Source: Chiloscyllium plagiosum (Eukaryota). Taken from it: DNA of 52,293 bases. Both the position numbers and the translations under genes were made by a program. This document shows positions 1 to 10,776 of this stretch, one piece after another. The notes beneath the pieces are model-generated. The model ran no database searches. It was given only the letters and a program-made list of their open reading frames with translations, and was not told the origin of the DNA. Position 1 is the first letter of the stretch. Each line of letters begins with the position of its first letter. The stretch covers positions 21,102,979-21,155,271 of the forward strand of contig NC_057719.1 in assembly GCF_004010195.1 (NCBI RefSeq). Reading direction: 5' to 3'.

Positions 1-62
1 ATTGAACCTAGGTCTCTGGCGCTGTGAGGCAGCAGTGCTAACCACTGTGTCATCGTACCGCC
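1..62 (-). mobile_element. HE1-like (V-SINE) tRNA-derived SINE, 5' head, cut by window edge
   Basis: Reverse complement reads ggcggtacgatgacacagtggttagcactgctgcctcacagcgccagagacctaggttcaat, with Pol III A/B-box-like motifs; matches the other SINE heads in the window. Confidence 0.85.
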
Positions 63-974
63 AACCTTTTTAGGCTTTTTAGACTTTTTAGTCTTTAATC
101 TTTTTAGATTAGTTCTTATAGCACAAAAGGAGGTCATTCTGCCAATAGCACACCTCAAATAATTCAATGATTTGAAATTTTTAAACTGTTACAGCCAAAA
201 TTTGTAAATTGTAAAAATCAAGGAAAACAACAATATAACTGAGGAATGCACTCGGCACAAGAGGCAACTTAAAGCATTGGCTTTAAGCTTTGCATCATTC
301 TGACAAAATGCTGGAGGAATGCTGGTCAATCAGGCATATTTCAGCTCACAGATCTAACCATTGTGAACAGCAATTGGGAATGCCACAAGCACACTGTGGC
401 TGCAAGCCTCAAGCTCAATCTTCTACCCAGGAGTCAACAGACATTTGCTAATTGGATCTAGATTCCACCTGTCACAGGTTCCAAACCATTGTAACCCTGA
501 TCGCCCCAGCCCGAATGGAATCCCACTCAGTGCCACAAGTTCTTTGGTTGCCCTATGTTCAGTTTCCATCTGGACAAGTATGTTGGCATTCCTCTTGTTG
601 TCACATACAGCAGGATGTTCTCCTTTTAAGTGTCACACTATAACCATATAGAGGAGCATGGGGAAAGAATTAAGAGGCTGTTGCAATTACAGTGTAGGCA
701 AAATGTATGTTTATTGACATAATATTGCATCTGTAAGTATAGTTTTTAAAAGATTGTTTACAGGATGCAGGCTCTGTTGGTCCAGTATTTATTGGCCAGG
801 GGGTAATTAAGAGTCAGTCACATTGCTGTGGGTCGGGAGTCCAAACAGGATAAGCATGGCAGATTTCCATCCCTATATGTTAACTCTGGTTCTTCTGAAT
901 TGTTCAGAACCCTTGCTCCAGGATTTTGTGCACAGATAGATCTAACTGCTGTAAATGAAGCACTAGTGAACCAA

Positions 975-1066
975 AACAAAACTTGCTGGAAACATTCAGC
1001 AGGTCTGGCAGCATCTGTGGAAAGCTATCAGAGTTAACATTTCAGTTCAAGTGACCCTTCTTCAGA
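975..1066 (-). mobile_element. Family C Penelope-derived short element with decayed hammerhead core
   Basis: Minus strand ctgaagaagggtcacttgaactgaaatgttaactctg...ccacagatgctgccagacctgctgaatgtttccagcaag; homologous to 9527, 22597 and 49013. Confidence 0.7.
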
Positions 1067-2871
1067 TCAGACTTTCATCTATTTGAAAGATCAGCTATGA
1101 GCTGTACGTCAATTCAGCTCCCAGAACCATCAGTTCAGCCAATCTAGAAACAAAAGTATTTACCCTATTCCAATTCACATCAGAACCAAACACCTAGAAA
1201 TTTAGCCACAAAAGGCCTCACAATGTGCTGTGAATCTTGTATTTTACAAGAACCTAATTTTAATTATTTAGCATTGAAACCATTTTAGAAACCATAGTGA
1301 GAATCCCGAAGAACTTAAAATCGGGGTCTGAGACCACTGTGCACTGTAAAATGATTCTATTGTTATCTGTATCCAACATATATACATGTGGATGTGATCA
1401 AAATATGTGTGACATTATCCTTAATTTGGAATAAATCTGTGAAAATAAATAATGATGAACAAACTCATAAAAGTTTGCTACTGAGTAATTGGAATAGGTG
1501 CTCCCAGTCAGAAAAGACAGGTTGCTCTATATTCTAGTGTACTGATCACAGTAAGAGAACATTCACATTCCGTGTGCTGTGGTGTTACCACCACAATTGT
1601 GTCCAGCACACTCCAACCACTGTGGATGATTCCATTGATAAATCAAAAGTTGAAAATTAGGAAAAATTTGTAAACTGCAAATCTAAGAATGGCAGTAATT
1701 TTGCAATTTGGTCTTAAATCTTTAAAGCAACAAAAGATGCAGAGCAGCTTGCAAAGGTTTATAAAGAGTGGCAGCAGATTGTTGGGACAAATAAGAGAAT
1801 ATAAACCAGTTCACCTCAGGCTTCTCAGTCCATTTGTGATATTAGCTGGAGTCAAGAGGTTCTGTCAGATAGTAGCTTTGTCCCATTTCCATTGGTTTCA
1901 TTAATTCATTAGCACAAGTGATCTTTGATTCTCTGAGTGTTTTACTTTTCAAATGGGTTTTCAATGACAAAAAAATGTCTTTTTTAAAATGAAAAAAAAT
2001 TAGATTATAATACCCTTATTTGTAATAGTCTCAATTTCATCAGAAGTAGAATAACAAAACGTCGAAACATATTAATTTCAGCAGAACTCGAAATTTTTCT
2101 CCAGCTGGTGTAGAATATCTTTTTTTTTACCCAGAAAAGAAAATAATTGCCCTAAAGAACATCTCTTTATATCAATTCAAATCTAAGTATGCATTTTAGC
2201 ATACTGTGAGCTATTTCAGAGTAGACAGCTATGATAATCAACTGTGAAAAAACTTTAGAATGCTTTTTGTTTAGATTCACTTCAGCCTGCTGGTGGACTG
2301 ATGTTATTGCTACAAAACTGAAGGCACAATGGAGAATGTGAAGGTCACTTGCTCGGTTTGGCTCACTTAATTAGCCTGATCAAGGGTTTGACTTACTATG
2401 AAATTCCTTTTCAGTGGTACCACTAGCATGGGGTCAGGTTTAATTTGAACCATATTTCTCATGCATGCAAATCATTTCTTGACTTGCGTCTTAGACTGGC
2501 AACAGTGTCTTTCGAGTGTTAAACACATCTGTTAACACACCAAGAGTAATAGACTCAACCTTTGTGTTGGACTGGTATGATTTCCTGATGGGGATAAACC
2601 AAATTTTGAAATATCAGAGGTTCTTCACATGTTTCAGTGATTTTCATGATTTCCTTGCAAGCTCAGGGTAGGATGAAACAAATTTTATTGAATGTTGAAT
2701 ATTGAATATAATTCTTTCTTCCCCTTTGACCCTTCCCCCCTTCACTCCTGAGAGGTCAACTGTCCTCTAGGTATCATCAGCTCTTTAATATATACACATG
2801 TAAATATTCTTCATGTATAAATGGAAATCATCCATTGGCATCAAGATCATAAAGATCGATCATAAGTTTAT

Positions 2872-3160
2872 ATGTTCATAAAATACAGGAGCAGAATTCG
2901 GCCCATCAAGTCCACTCCGCCATTCGATCATGGCTGAGATGCTTCACACCCCCAATTTCCTGCCTTCTGTCTATAACCATTCAACACATTACCAATTAAA
3001 AATCTTTCAAACTCCTCCTTAAATTTATTCACTGTCCCAGCTTCCACCGCACTTTGGGTAGCAAACTCCACAGATTCGCAACCCTTTGAGAGAAGTAGCT
3101 TCTCTTCAGCTCTGTTGTAAATTTGCTACCCCTTATCTTAACACTGTGACCTCTATCCTT
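2872..3160 (-). mobile_element. CR1-clade LINE 3' end fragment
   Basis: Homologous to the fragment at 43470-43800; typical CR1 ORF2 C-terminus and 3' UTR. Confidence 0.7.
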
Positions 3161-3207
3161 ATAAGGAATATGGTAACAATGCGTTAATATTACTGAACCA
3201 ACTATGC

Positions 3208-3633
3208 AGATGCCTGGTATGGAGAGAAGGTCTTATGATGAAAGGTTCAGGGATTTGAGGTTGAGAAGGAGGTTGAGAGGTGACTTAATTGAGACATATA
3301 AGATAATCAGAGGGTTAGCTCAGTTGGACAGTGAGAGCCTTTTTCCTAGGATTGTGATGGCGAGCACAAGGGGGCATAGCTTCAAATTGAGGGGTGATAG
3401 ATATAGGACAAATGTCAAAGATAGTTTCTTTACCCACAGTAGTAGGGGCGTGGAACGTACTGCTGCAACAGTTGTAGACTTGCCAATTTTATGGGTATTT
3501 AAATGGTCATTGGATAGGCAGATGGACGAGATGGAATAGTGTAGGTTAGATTGGTTTCAGATTGGTTTCACAGGGTGGTGCAACATCAAGGGCCAAAGGG
3601 CCTGTAGTGCATTGTAATGTTCTGCGTTCTATG
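3208..3633 (+). mobile_element. CR1/HER1 LINE 3' end
   Basis: Translates to CR1 ORF2 C-terminus (RRRLRGDLIETYKIIRG...TRGHSFKL); ends in a gttctatgt-type tail. Confidence 0.9.
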
Positions 3634-3710
3634 TAGATGTTTGATCAAAAGACATTCATTCATATTGCATTATGGTTGATCAATAATTTAAACTTACCAA
3701 ATTAAATCAT

Positions 3711-3836
3711 AGGAGAAAGTGAGGACTGTAGATGCTGGAGATCAGAGCTGAAAATGTGTTGCTGGAAAAGCGCAGCAGGTCAGGCAGCATCCAAGGTGCA
3801 GGAGAATCGACGTTTCGGGCATGAGCTCTTCTTCAA
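3711..3836 (-). mobile_element. Family A Penelope-type short element with hammerhead motif (C3 mutated)
   Basis: Minus strand ttgaagaagagctcatgcccgaaacgtcgattctcc...cactttctcc; near-identical to 7319-7447 and 26134-26255. Confidence 0.85.
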
Positions 3837-4126
3837 ATGAAATCATATCTGGACTTGGACATATCACAGAAGGAGGCCTGCAACATTCTGACCGAGTGCC
3901 AATTTCCCACTTTCCCCAATACCCTTGCACATTATTTTTATCTAAATAATCATCAAATGCTTTCTTTAATATGTCAATCAAACAATATAGAAATATGAAC
4001 TGGAGAACCATTATACAATGTCATCATGCCAATATGTGACTCCAATTCCGCTGAAATGGCTGAGCAAGTCATTCAGTTGCCCACAAGAAGGTGACTTATC
4101 AACACTTCCTCAAAAATAACAAAATT

Positions 4127-4440
4127 CATACAGAATCCTTACAGTGTGGGAACAGGCCCTTCAGGTCCACACTGACCCTCTGAAAAGTGCCCCACCCCTC
4201 TACATTTATCCCTGACTAATACACCTAATGTACACATCCCTGAACACAATGGGCAATTTAGTATGGCTAATTCACCTAACCTGCGAAGTCTTGGATTGTG
4301 GGAGGAAACTGAAGGACTCAGTGGAGACCCACACAGACACAGGGAGAACGTGCAAACTCCACACAGACAGCTGCCCAAGGCTGGAATTGAACCTGGGTCC
4401 CTAGCACTGTGAGGCAGCAGTGCTAGCCACTGTGCCACCC
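4127..4440 (-). mobile_element. HE1-like SINE
   Basis: tRNA-like head, central tgtgtggagtttgcacgttctccc domain, CR1-derived tail gggcctgttcccacactgta. Confidence 0.9.
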
Positions 4441-4670
4441 CAAATGTTGGAGTTGCCAATAACATCATGAATGAATAAGGAAAAAAATTCTCCAAGTGTC
4501 ATTATTCTACTGATTAGGTCTGGCTAGCTTTGTTTCCATCTCATTAGCCAAGAACATCGTAGCCAGTTGGCACAATGGTTGAAGTCAGCACAGAGATGAG
4601 ATAGAATGGTGAGGCCATTCAGTTTAATATGGCACATGCCAATGCATAAAGCCTGAATATAAAACAAAAG

Positions 4671-4983
4671 GGTGGCTCAGTGGTTAGCACCGCTGTTTCA
4701 CAATATCAGGGACCTGGGTTTGATTCCACCCTTGGGTGATTGCCTGTGTGGAGTTTGCACATTTTCCCTGTGCCTGTGTGAGTTCCCATTGAAAGATGTA
4801 CAGGTTAGCTGGATTGGCCATGTTAAATTGTTCATGGTCTCCAGGGATGTGCAGGCTAGGTGGGATAGCCATGGGATATGTAGGGTTGCAGCATTAGCTG
4901 GTGGGATGATCTTTGGAGGGCCAGTGTGGACTCAATGGGACTAATTACTTGCTTCCACACTGTAGGGATTTTAACGACTCTAT
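4671..4983 (+). mobile_element. HE1-like SINE
   Basis: ggtggctcagtggttagcac head, V-type central domain, cttccacactgtagggatt tail. Confidence 0.88.
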
Positions 4984-5871
4984 TGTGGTCAAAAAAGCAG
5001 CAATTAATACATCCACAACTATTTTTGAGAATACCTAATGGCTTGGATCTTCTGAGTTGCCATATTCCCAACTCATTATGACCGAGTCAACCTGCCCTCA
5101 TCATCCCCTTCCCCCTTCTTCTGCAATCTTCCAATCCTGTCTAACCCGCCAGCAATGTTATGTTACAAGCAGTCTTAATCATTTCAGAATGGAACTACAG
5201 TCCTCGCTGGGGACGAAACTTCACCCCAAAGAGCTGCCAGCCAATATAATTGCTCAGCAGTTCTGCAGTCCCATCAGAACTAAGATTGATTGACTGTCAT
5301 TACTGCATCAGCAGAGGGAAGGAGAATGATGGAGCGTGGACTTTAAGGTAATCCTCGGATATCAGTCAGGCTTGATAGTGGGGAGGGCATCAAGGCTAGG
5401 TTTTAGAAGCTGGGACACTGATTTAATGAAGGTGCAGTCATGTTCATGATAACAGGTAAATAATGAATCACATGTCAGGGATGGATTAGCTCTGCAAATT
5501 AGTTAAAACAATAAATCACTTCATAAAATATGAAGGGGGCATGATGTCCAATCAACTGATAAAGCTTGCAAACCCATAGCGCCAAACTAGCCGTCTGAGT
5601 ATCAGCAGTATACAGAGTATATGGGAGTCCTTCAAAGTGAACTGTCTAAAAAGGCAAGATACACATACACGAGTACAATATATGGGAGTGGACAGGGAGG
5701 AAGCAGGGGTTTGGATTATTGGAGTTCTTCTGATCCCCCTCCAGCCTCCCCAGAAAATAACACCCCTCTTAGCTAACAGCAGCCTGTGCAGTGAAAGCTT
5801 CTGGGTTGTCCACCTTCCCTAGCCACACTAAAAATAATGGCAGACTGAGTGGCTGTACATTTCACACCCAT

Positions 5872-6186
5872 TTAGATTAGATTCCCTACAGTGTGGACAC
5901 AGACCCTTTGGCCCAACCATCCACACTGACCCTCCGAAGAGTAATCCACCCAGACCCATTTCCCTCTGACTGATGCACCTAACACTACAGGCAATTTAGC
6001 AGGGCCAATTCACCTAACCTGCACATCTTTGGACTGTGGGAGGAAACTGGAGCACCCAGAAGAAACCCACGCAGACACGGGGAGAATGTGCAAACTCCTC
6101 ACAGACAGTTGCCTGAGGCTGGAATCGAACCTAGGACCCTGGTGCTGTGAGGCAGCAGTGCTCACCACTGAGCCACCAGGCCACCC
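5872..6186 (-). mobile_element. HE1-like SINE, full length
   Basis: (ttaga)n tail at left, tRNA-like head at right. Confidence 0.92.
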
Positions 6187-6354
6187 CTAAAATTCATTTG
6201 AGCTAGGTAGGAGCTCAAATGAGCCCAGCCACACTAAAAATAATGGCAGACTGAGTGGCTGTACATAAGGGGCTGTACATTTCACACCCATTTAACATGG
6301 GGTAAAATGAGAGGTGGGAGGGTAGGCAGCGAGAAGGCTGCCCATTTTATTTAA

Positions 6355-6538
6355 GATTGGGGGAGCCGGTATTGGACTGGGGTGTACAAAGTTAAAAATG
6401 ACACAACACCATGTTATAGTCCAACAGGTTTACTTAACACTGCTCCTTCACCTGGACAAGCTGTTGAAGGTGCAGCGCTCTGAAAACTAATGCTTCCAAA
6501 TAAACCTGTTGGACTATAACCTGGTATTGTGTCATTTT
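6355..6538. mobile_element. Family B Penelope-type element, inverted pair
   Basis: Arms ~6395-6450 and ~6461-6538 are reverse complements; decayed core ctgttgaaggtgcagcgctctgaaaacta; direct repeat cattttatttaa at 6343-6354 and 6533-6544. Confidence 0.8.
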
Positions 6539-6711
6539 ATTTAATGCCTTCCCTTGTCTTCAAAATGCCAGCAGAAGGGATTGTAAAGTGCAGTCATTTC
6601 AGAGGCTGATCACCAATATTTTCAAATCAAGCTGTTCAGAGATATTATTATTACTCATCTCTGGAGCAGGTGAGACCTGTTCCAATGGACTGTAAAATGA
6701 GCAAATGTAAA

Positions 6712-6795
6712 ATCAGAAGTCACATGACTCCAAGTTATTGCCCAGCAGGTTTATTTAAAATCACAGCTGATGGAGCGCTGCTCCTTCATCAGATG
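6712..6795 (-). mobile_element. Family B element fragment
   Basis: Minus strand ctgatgaaggagcagcgctcc followed by a decayed aaataaacctg-type segment. Confidence 0.65.
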
Positions 6796-7318
6796 ACATG
6801 AAATATAAAGTAGGTCAGGGTTAAAGAATTTAGGGAGGTTTATAATAGCAGCTGAAAGTGCATTAACCACCCTAATTGCAGCCTGGTTACGGAACCATTT
6901 TACTTAACAACCATGCTGTAATAAAGCGTAAATGCAGCAAGAAACTGGAGCCAGGGTTTATTAATAGGAAGCTTCACCCAGCTTTGTGACAGAGCCAGTC
7001 GAGACTTTGTACCCAATCAGCAATCTACATTTAAAGCAGTTGTTTTGGTGTCACACTAACATTAAATTGCAGAGTGTGGATGCACTGTTAGATTAGAAAA
7101 CGTTATTAACTTTACACCCCTAACAAGATGCAGCATTTGAGCTGATGTTATATCATAGAGTGTTGATACCATGCTTATTCTCAAGTGATGGTTCTAGTTG
7201 GGTGCTGTAGAGTTTTATTTCCTTGATCCGACTGAACTGCAGGAAATGTCAGATAATATGATAAAAAGGAAATTATTTTAACAATTGGTTAGTTGATACC
7301 AAGGCATACATTTCCAAC

Positions 7319-7447
7319 GGAGAAAGTGAGGTCTGCAGATGCTGGAGATCAGAGATGGAAATGTGTTGCTGGAAAAGCGCAGCAGGTCAGGCAGCATCTA
7401 GGGAACAGGAGAATCAACGTTTCGGGCATTAGCCCTTCTTCAGGAAT
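7319..7447 (-). mobile_element. Family A element with 13-bp target-site duplication
   Basis: atacatttccaac at 7306-7318 and 7446-7458 brackets the copy. Confidence 0.9.
7414..7445 (-). ncRNA. Minimal type I hammerhead ribozyme motif, core intact
   Basis: RNA UC-CUGAAGA-A-GGGC-UAAU-GCCC-GAAAC-GUU-GA: conserved core, 4-bp stem II, ACGU palindrome in place of stem III, 2-bp stem I. Activity untested. Confidence 0.7.
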
Positions 7448-8811
7448 ACATTTCCAACCCCAAGCAGGAGACTATTTGCAATTTGAAAGCCAGTGGGTCA
7501 AAATCTTGGATCTTCTTTCTCAGCCGTGCTATGGGTTTCCCTACAATGTTGCATCAAGGAAGTCAATAAGACAGCACACTAACATGCTTCAAGGATATAT
7601 AAAGATGCTGAATAAAAGTTGCATCTGTCAATGATGTTCATGTCCCCACAATATTTTTTAAATCTCCAGTAATGGAACTAAAAAAAACAACAAATTTATG
7701 TAATTTACATAATTCCCATTCCATAACAAATTTCATGTATCTACCTTGGTTTGCAAATCACGTCAGTGATGCTGGAAATTTTAAAGTTGGACAGTTGAAT
7801 ACTAGATAGATAAGCAATGCATGAGCTGGGGTGCACAATATAGGCAGGAGGGCGGAGTTTCAGGTAGGAAAATTAAACTTTTAAGTTTGTTGAATGCATC
7901 TCTTTCTCATTGCCACTTTTCCTGCAGAATTCAGTCTGATTGTCATGTTAGGCATTTTGTTAGAGATACAGTTCTTTAGATCAAGTTGCAGAAGCAGGTA
8001 GTTCTGATTCCCAACCTCGGATGGTGCCCAATGATCAGGAGAGGTGACCATTAGTATTCCACTCTTCGATCCCATAGCGACGTTTAATTCTGGAATGATC
8101 TTGGACCTCAAACAGTACAGAACGGGGCATTCACAATTTCTTTAAAATATCTGTGGAATCCATAACTCTTTTTTATGACTGTTTGAAAAAAAACATTTCA
8201 AGTATTTACATCATTGTAAAGAGGTCACTCATAATTTTCTTCAATTATAAGAAATAGTATTCTGTTTGACATGGCAACATTTGACCTGGAAGCAGAAACA
8301 AAAGGAAGGAAATTAAAATATGAAAACCACATAATAAGGTATAAAGGAATGTTGCGAACACAGTAGAGAGTTGATGTGAAAGGAGATGGGTGGCATCCAG
8401 ATGTAATTACAAAGAAATAGCAGAGACAAAAGCAAAGAAGAACATTGTGTGCAGAAGTAAATTTCAGTCAGGAGGAGTTCAGTTTTCTGTTTGTCAGGAA
8501 AGCAGACAGTAGGTTTTGGAGGTTCTGTGTGAACTGGCTAAAAAGGTCTAAACTCCAACTGGTTATGGATAGCTCAGAGGTGGTTAGATGTGGTAAAACC
8601 ACAAACCGGTGTATTTGTTGTTGGTTAGTTGAAAAGTTACTCTTAACGCTACACTATCAGATTGTCATCATCCGAGAGAGAGAGAGAGAGATGGCTTGTA
8701 GGAGAGTGTCTTGCCAATGATAATCATATTAGTGACATACAAAGGTGAAAACAGTTGTCACATAGAACTTCTGATTTACTTTGCATGAAAAATAAATTGT
8801 GAAACTAAAAT

Positions 8812-8940
8812 AAAACCAAGGCCTTTGCATGCTGGAGACCTGAAACTAAATCAGAAATTTCTGGTGAAACCCAACAAGTCTGACTGCATCTTTGTGAGAA
8901 AGTAGAGAAAACATTTTGAGTTCAGTGACTCTTCACCAGA
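8812..8940 (-). mobile_element. Family C element, decayed
   Basis: Minus strand tctggtgaagagtcactgaactcaaaatgtt...cagacttgttgggtttcaccagaaatttctg...ccagcatgcaaag. Confidence 0.6.
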
Positions 8941-9526
8941 GTTGCAGAATGATGTAGTTATGCATTTGTGCAGAAAATGATGTGAGTCTTTATGGTTTTA
9001 TAAACTTGTATCCAATAATTAAAGCAAAATTTACCTTTTTATTAGAAATCTGATTTGCCTGTTAATTCATTGCTAATTTATTTGGATTTTCATTTATGTG
9101 AATGTAAAAGCTACAAAAAGACTTATCTTGTTAGCAGTATCTTCATTTGAGGTCACTCAGTACATTTAGTTATTTTGGTTTACCGTGATTCCCACAAATG
9201 TCAGAGCAATCTCTCGATGCAGGGTGATTCGATCCTGACTGAGAGGTTCTCTTCATGATCCTTAGAGCCTTTCTATGGGAGAAGAGTCCATTGGAGAGGA
9301 CATTTCAGGGACCAGTGTGGAGCACTGAAAGCAATTATCTTCTCTATTCGGCTGTCTTTGCCTTTCAAGGTCTGGGAAACACAGCTGACCAGGACTAAAT
9401 CTGAAAAAAAAATATAAGACTGCTAACTTCAATAAGATACTCAAACTGCTTCTGAGAGTTTGTTGACTGGCCAGCTCTTATCCCACCTTGGTTAATTCTG
9501 TAAGTGGGTGAGTGTGACATGTTACT

Positions 9527-9655
9527 TCTGAAGAAGAGTCGCTGCACTCAAAACATTAAGTCTGCTTTCTCTCTGCACATGCTGCCAGACTCGCTGAGTT
9601 TCTTCAGCAATTTCCATTTTTGCTTCAGATTTTCAGCAACTGCAGCTTTTTGTCC
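9527..9655 (+). mobile_element. Family C element, decayed core
   Basis: tctgaagaagagtcgctgcactcaaaacattaag...gctgccagactcgctgagtttcttcagcaatttc. Confidence 0.7.
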
Positions 9656-9689
9656 TTTTTTTGCTAATTTGCATGATTTCCCATCATAA

Positions 9690-10030
9690 ATTAACTCTTG
9701 AAGTCCAGGTATCATTTCTTGCCAACTCCCTCCAGGACCAATATCTCCTTCCTCGGATGTGTTGCCCAAATCTACTCACAAGACTCCAAGTGATGTTTAA
9801 TCAGGATTTTATATAGCTGCAGCATAACATCTGTGTCCTTCTACTCAAGTTCTCTGGATATAAAGACCAATATTCCATTAGCATTCTTGATTATTTTCTG
9901 TACCTGGTTGTGACATTTAAAAGATCAATGTAACTGAAATCCCTAATCTCTTCAGACATCCACTGTACTTAATTTCATACCAGCCAGAAAGCACCCTGCT
10001 CTATTCTTTTTCAACACAAAATGGATAACC
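9690..10030 (-). mobile_element. Old CR1 LINE fragment
   Basis: Degenerate match to the CR1 LQLYKTLVRPHLEYCVQFW-encoding region seen in younger copies. Confidence 0.55.
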
Positions 10031-10681
10031 AGTATGTGTGTAATGAACAGTAATATCAGTAAACATAGAACAGAGACAATGTAAGTGAGTTTATGATATT
10101 TTATGCATGAACAGAAGCCACCAATCTATGGTACACAGTACAGGATGTAAATAGCATCATGATGTGTCCATCAATGGTCTGCAGTTGAGTAATGCATACT
10201 CCCAAGACATGAGCAGGAAATGGGGTGTTCAACATATTAGCTTTCTCGTAATCCTTAGTCAAACAGTTTTCCAGAATGTGCTTTTGTATTGTAAAAGTCA
10301 TGATCATGAAATACAAAGTGACTTACCAATATCTTCAGATAGCTACGTTAAATCTATGTCATAACCCTCTTAGCATCAACTTATCATCACCAACAGCTCA
10401 CATGTTTGGGAGATAGATCCACACAGTTCTTCCATCCCATACTGACACACACCAAACCACATGTTGCAAAACACAGTGTGGCGAAGAAGGGAGAATATTG
10501 CACAAGAGAATGATCAATGAATATGCCAACAGCTATCCTAACCTGAAACAGAGCAATGCAAATACGTCTGAGATTTTTGCATGAACAGCATGGGTTGATG
10601 GAAAGATACTACATCATTGTGTTTGATATAGATCGCATGACATTGCAAATAAGCAATGTTCAAGCCTTCTAAAGAAATAGA

Positions 10682-10776
10682 GGGTTGGAGATTTTGAGCT
10701 ATAGGGAGAGGTTGTATAGGCTTGGGCTGTTTTCCCTGGAGCGTCAGAGGCTGAGGGGTGACTTTATAGAGGTTTA
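10682..10776 (+). mobile_element. CR1/HER1 3' fragment, left half of a copy split by the 10777-13095 insertion
   Basis: Encodes LSYRERLYRLGLFSLERQRLRGDFIEV; colinear continuation at 13122. Confidence 0.8.

Noticed and set aside
4671..4750. tRNA genes at SINE heads (also 6110-6186, 29794-29865, 43008-43075)
   Set aside because: A/B boxes run into SINE bodies and tails; no full cloverleaf evident
7881..8151. Unique-looking region with a 76-aa minus ORF and possible splice sites
   Set aside because: No recognisable protein; splice signals are inconsistent between strands; joining to 9184-9400 gives an early stop
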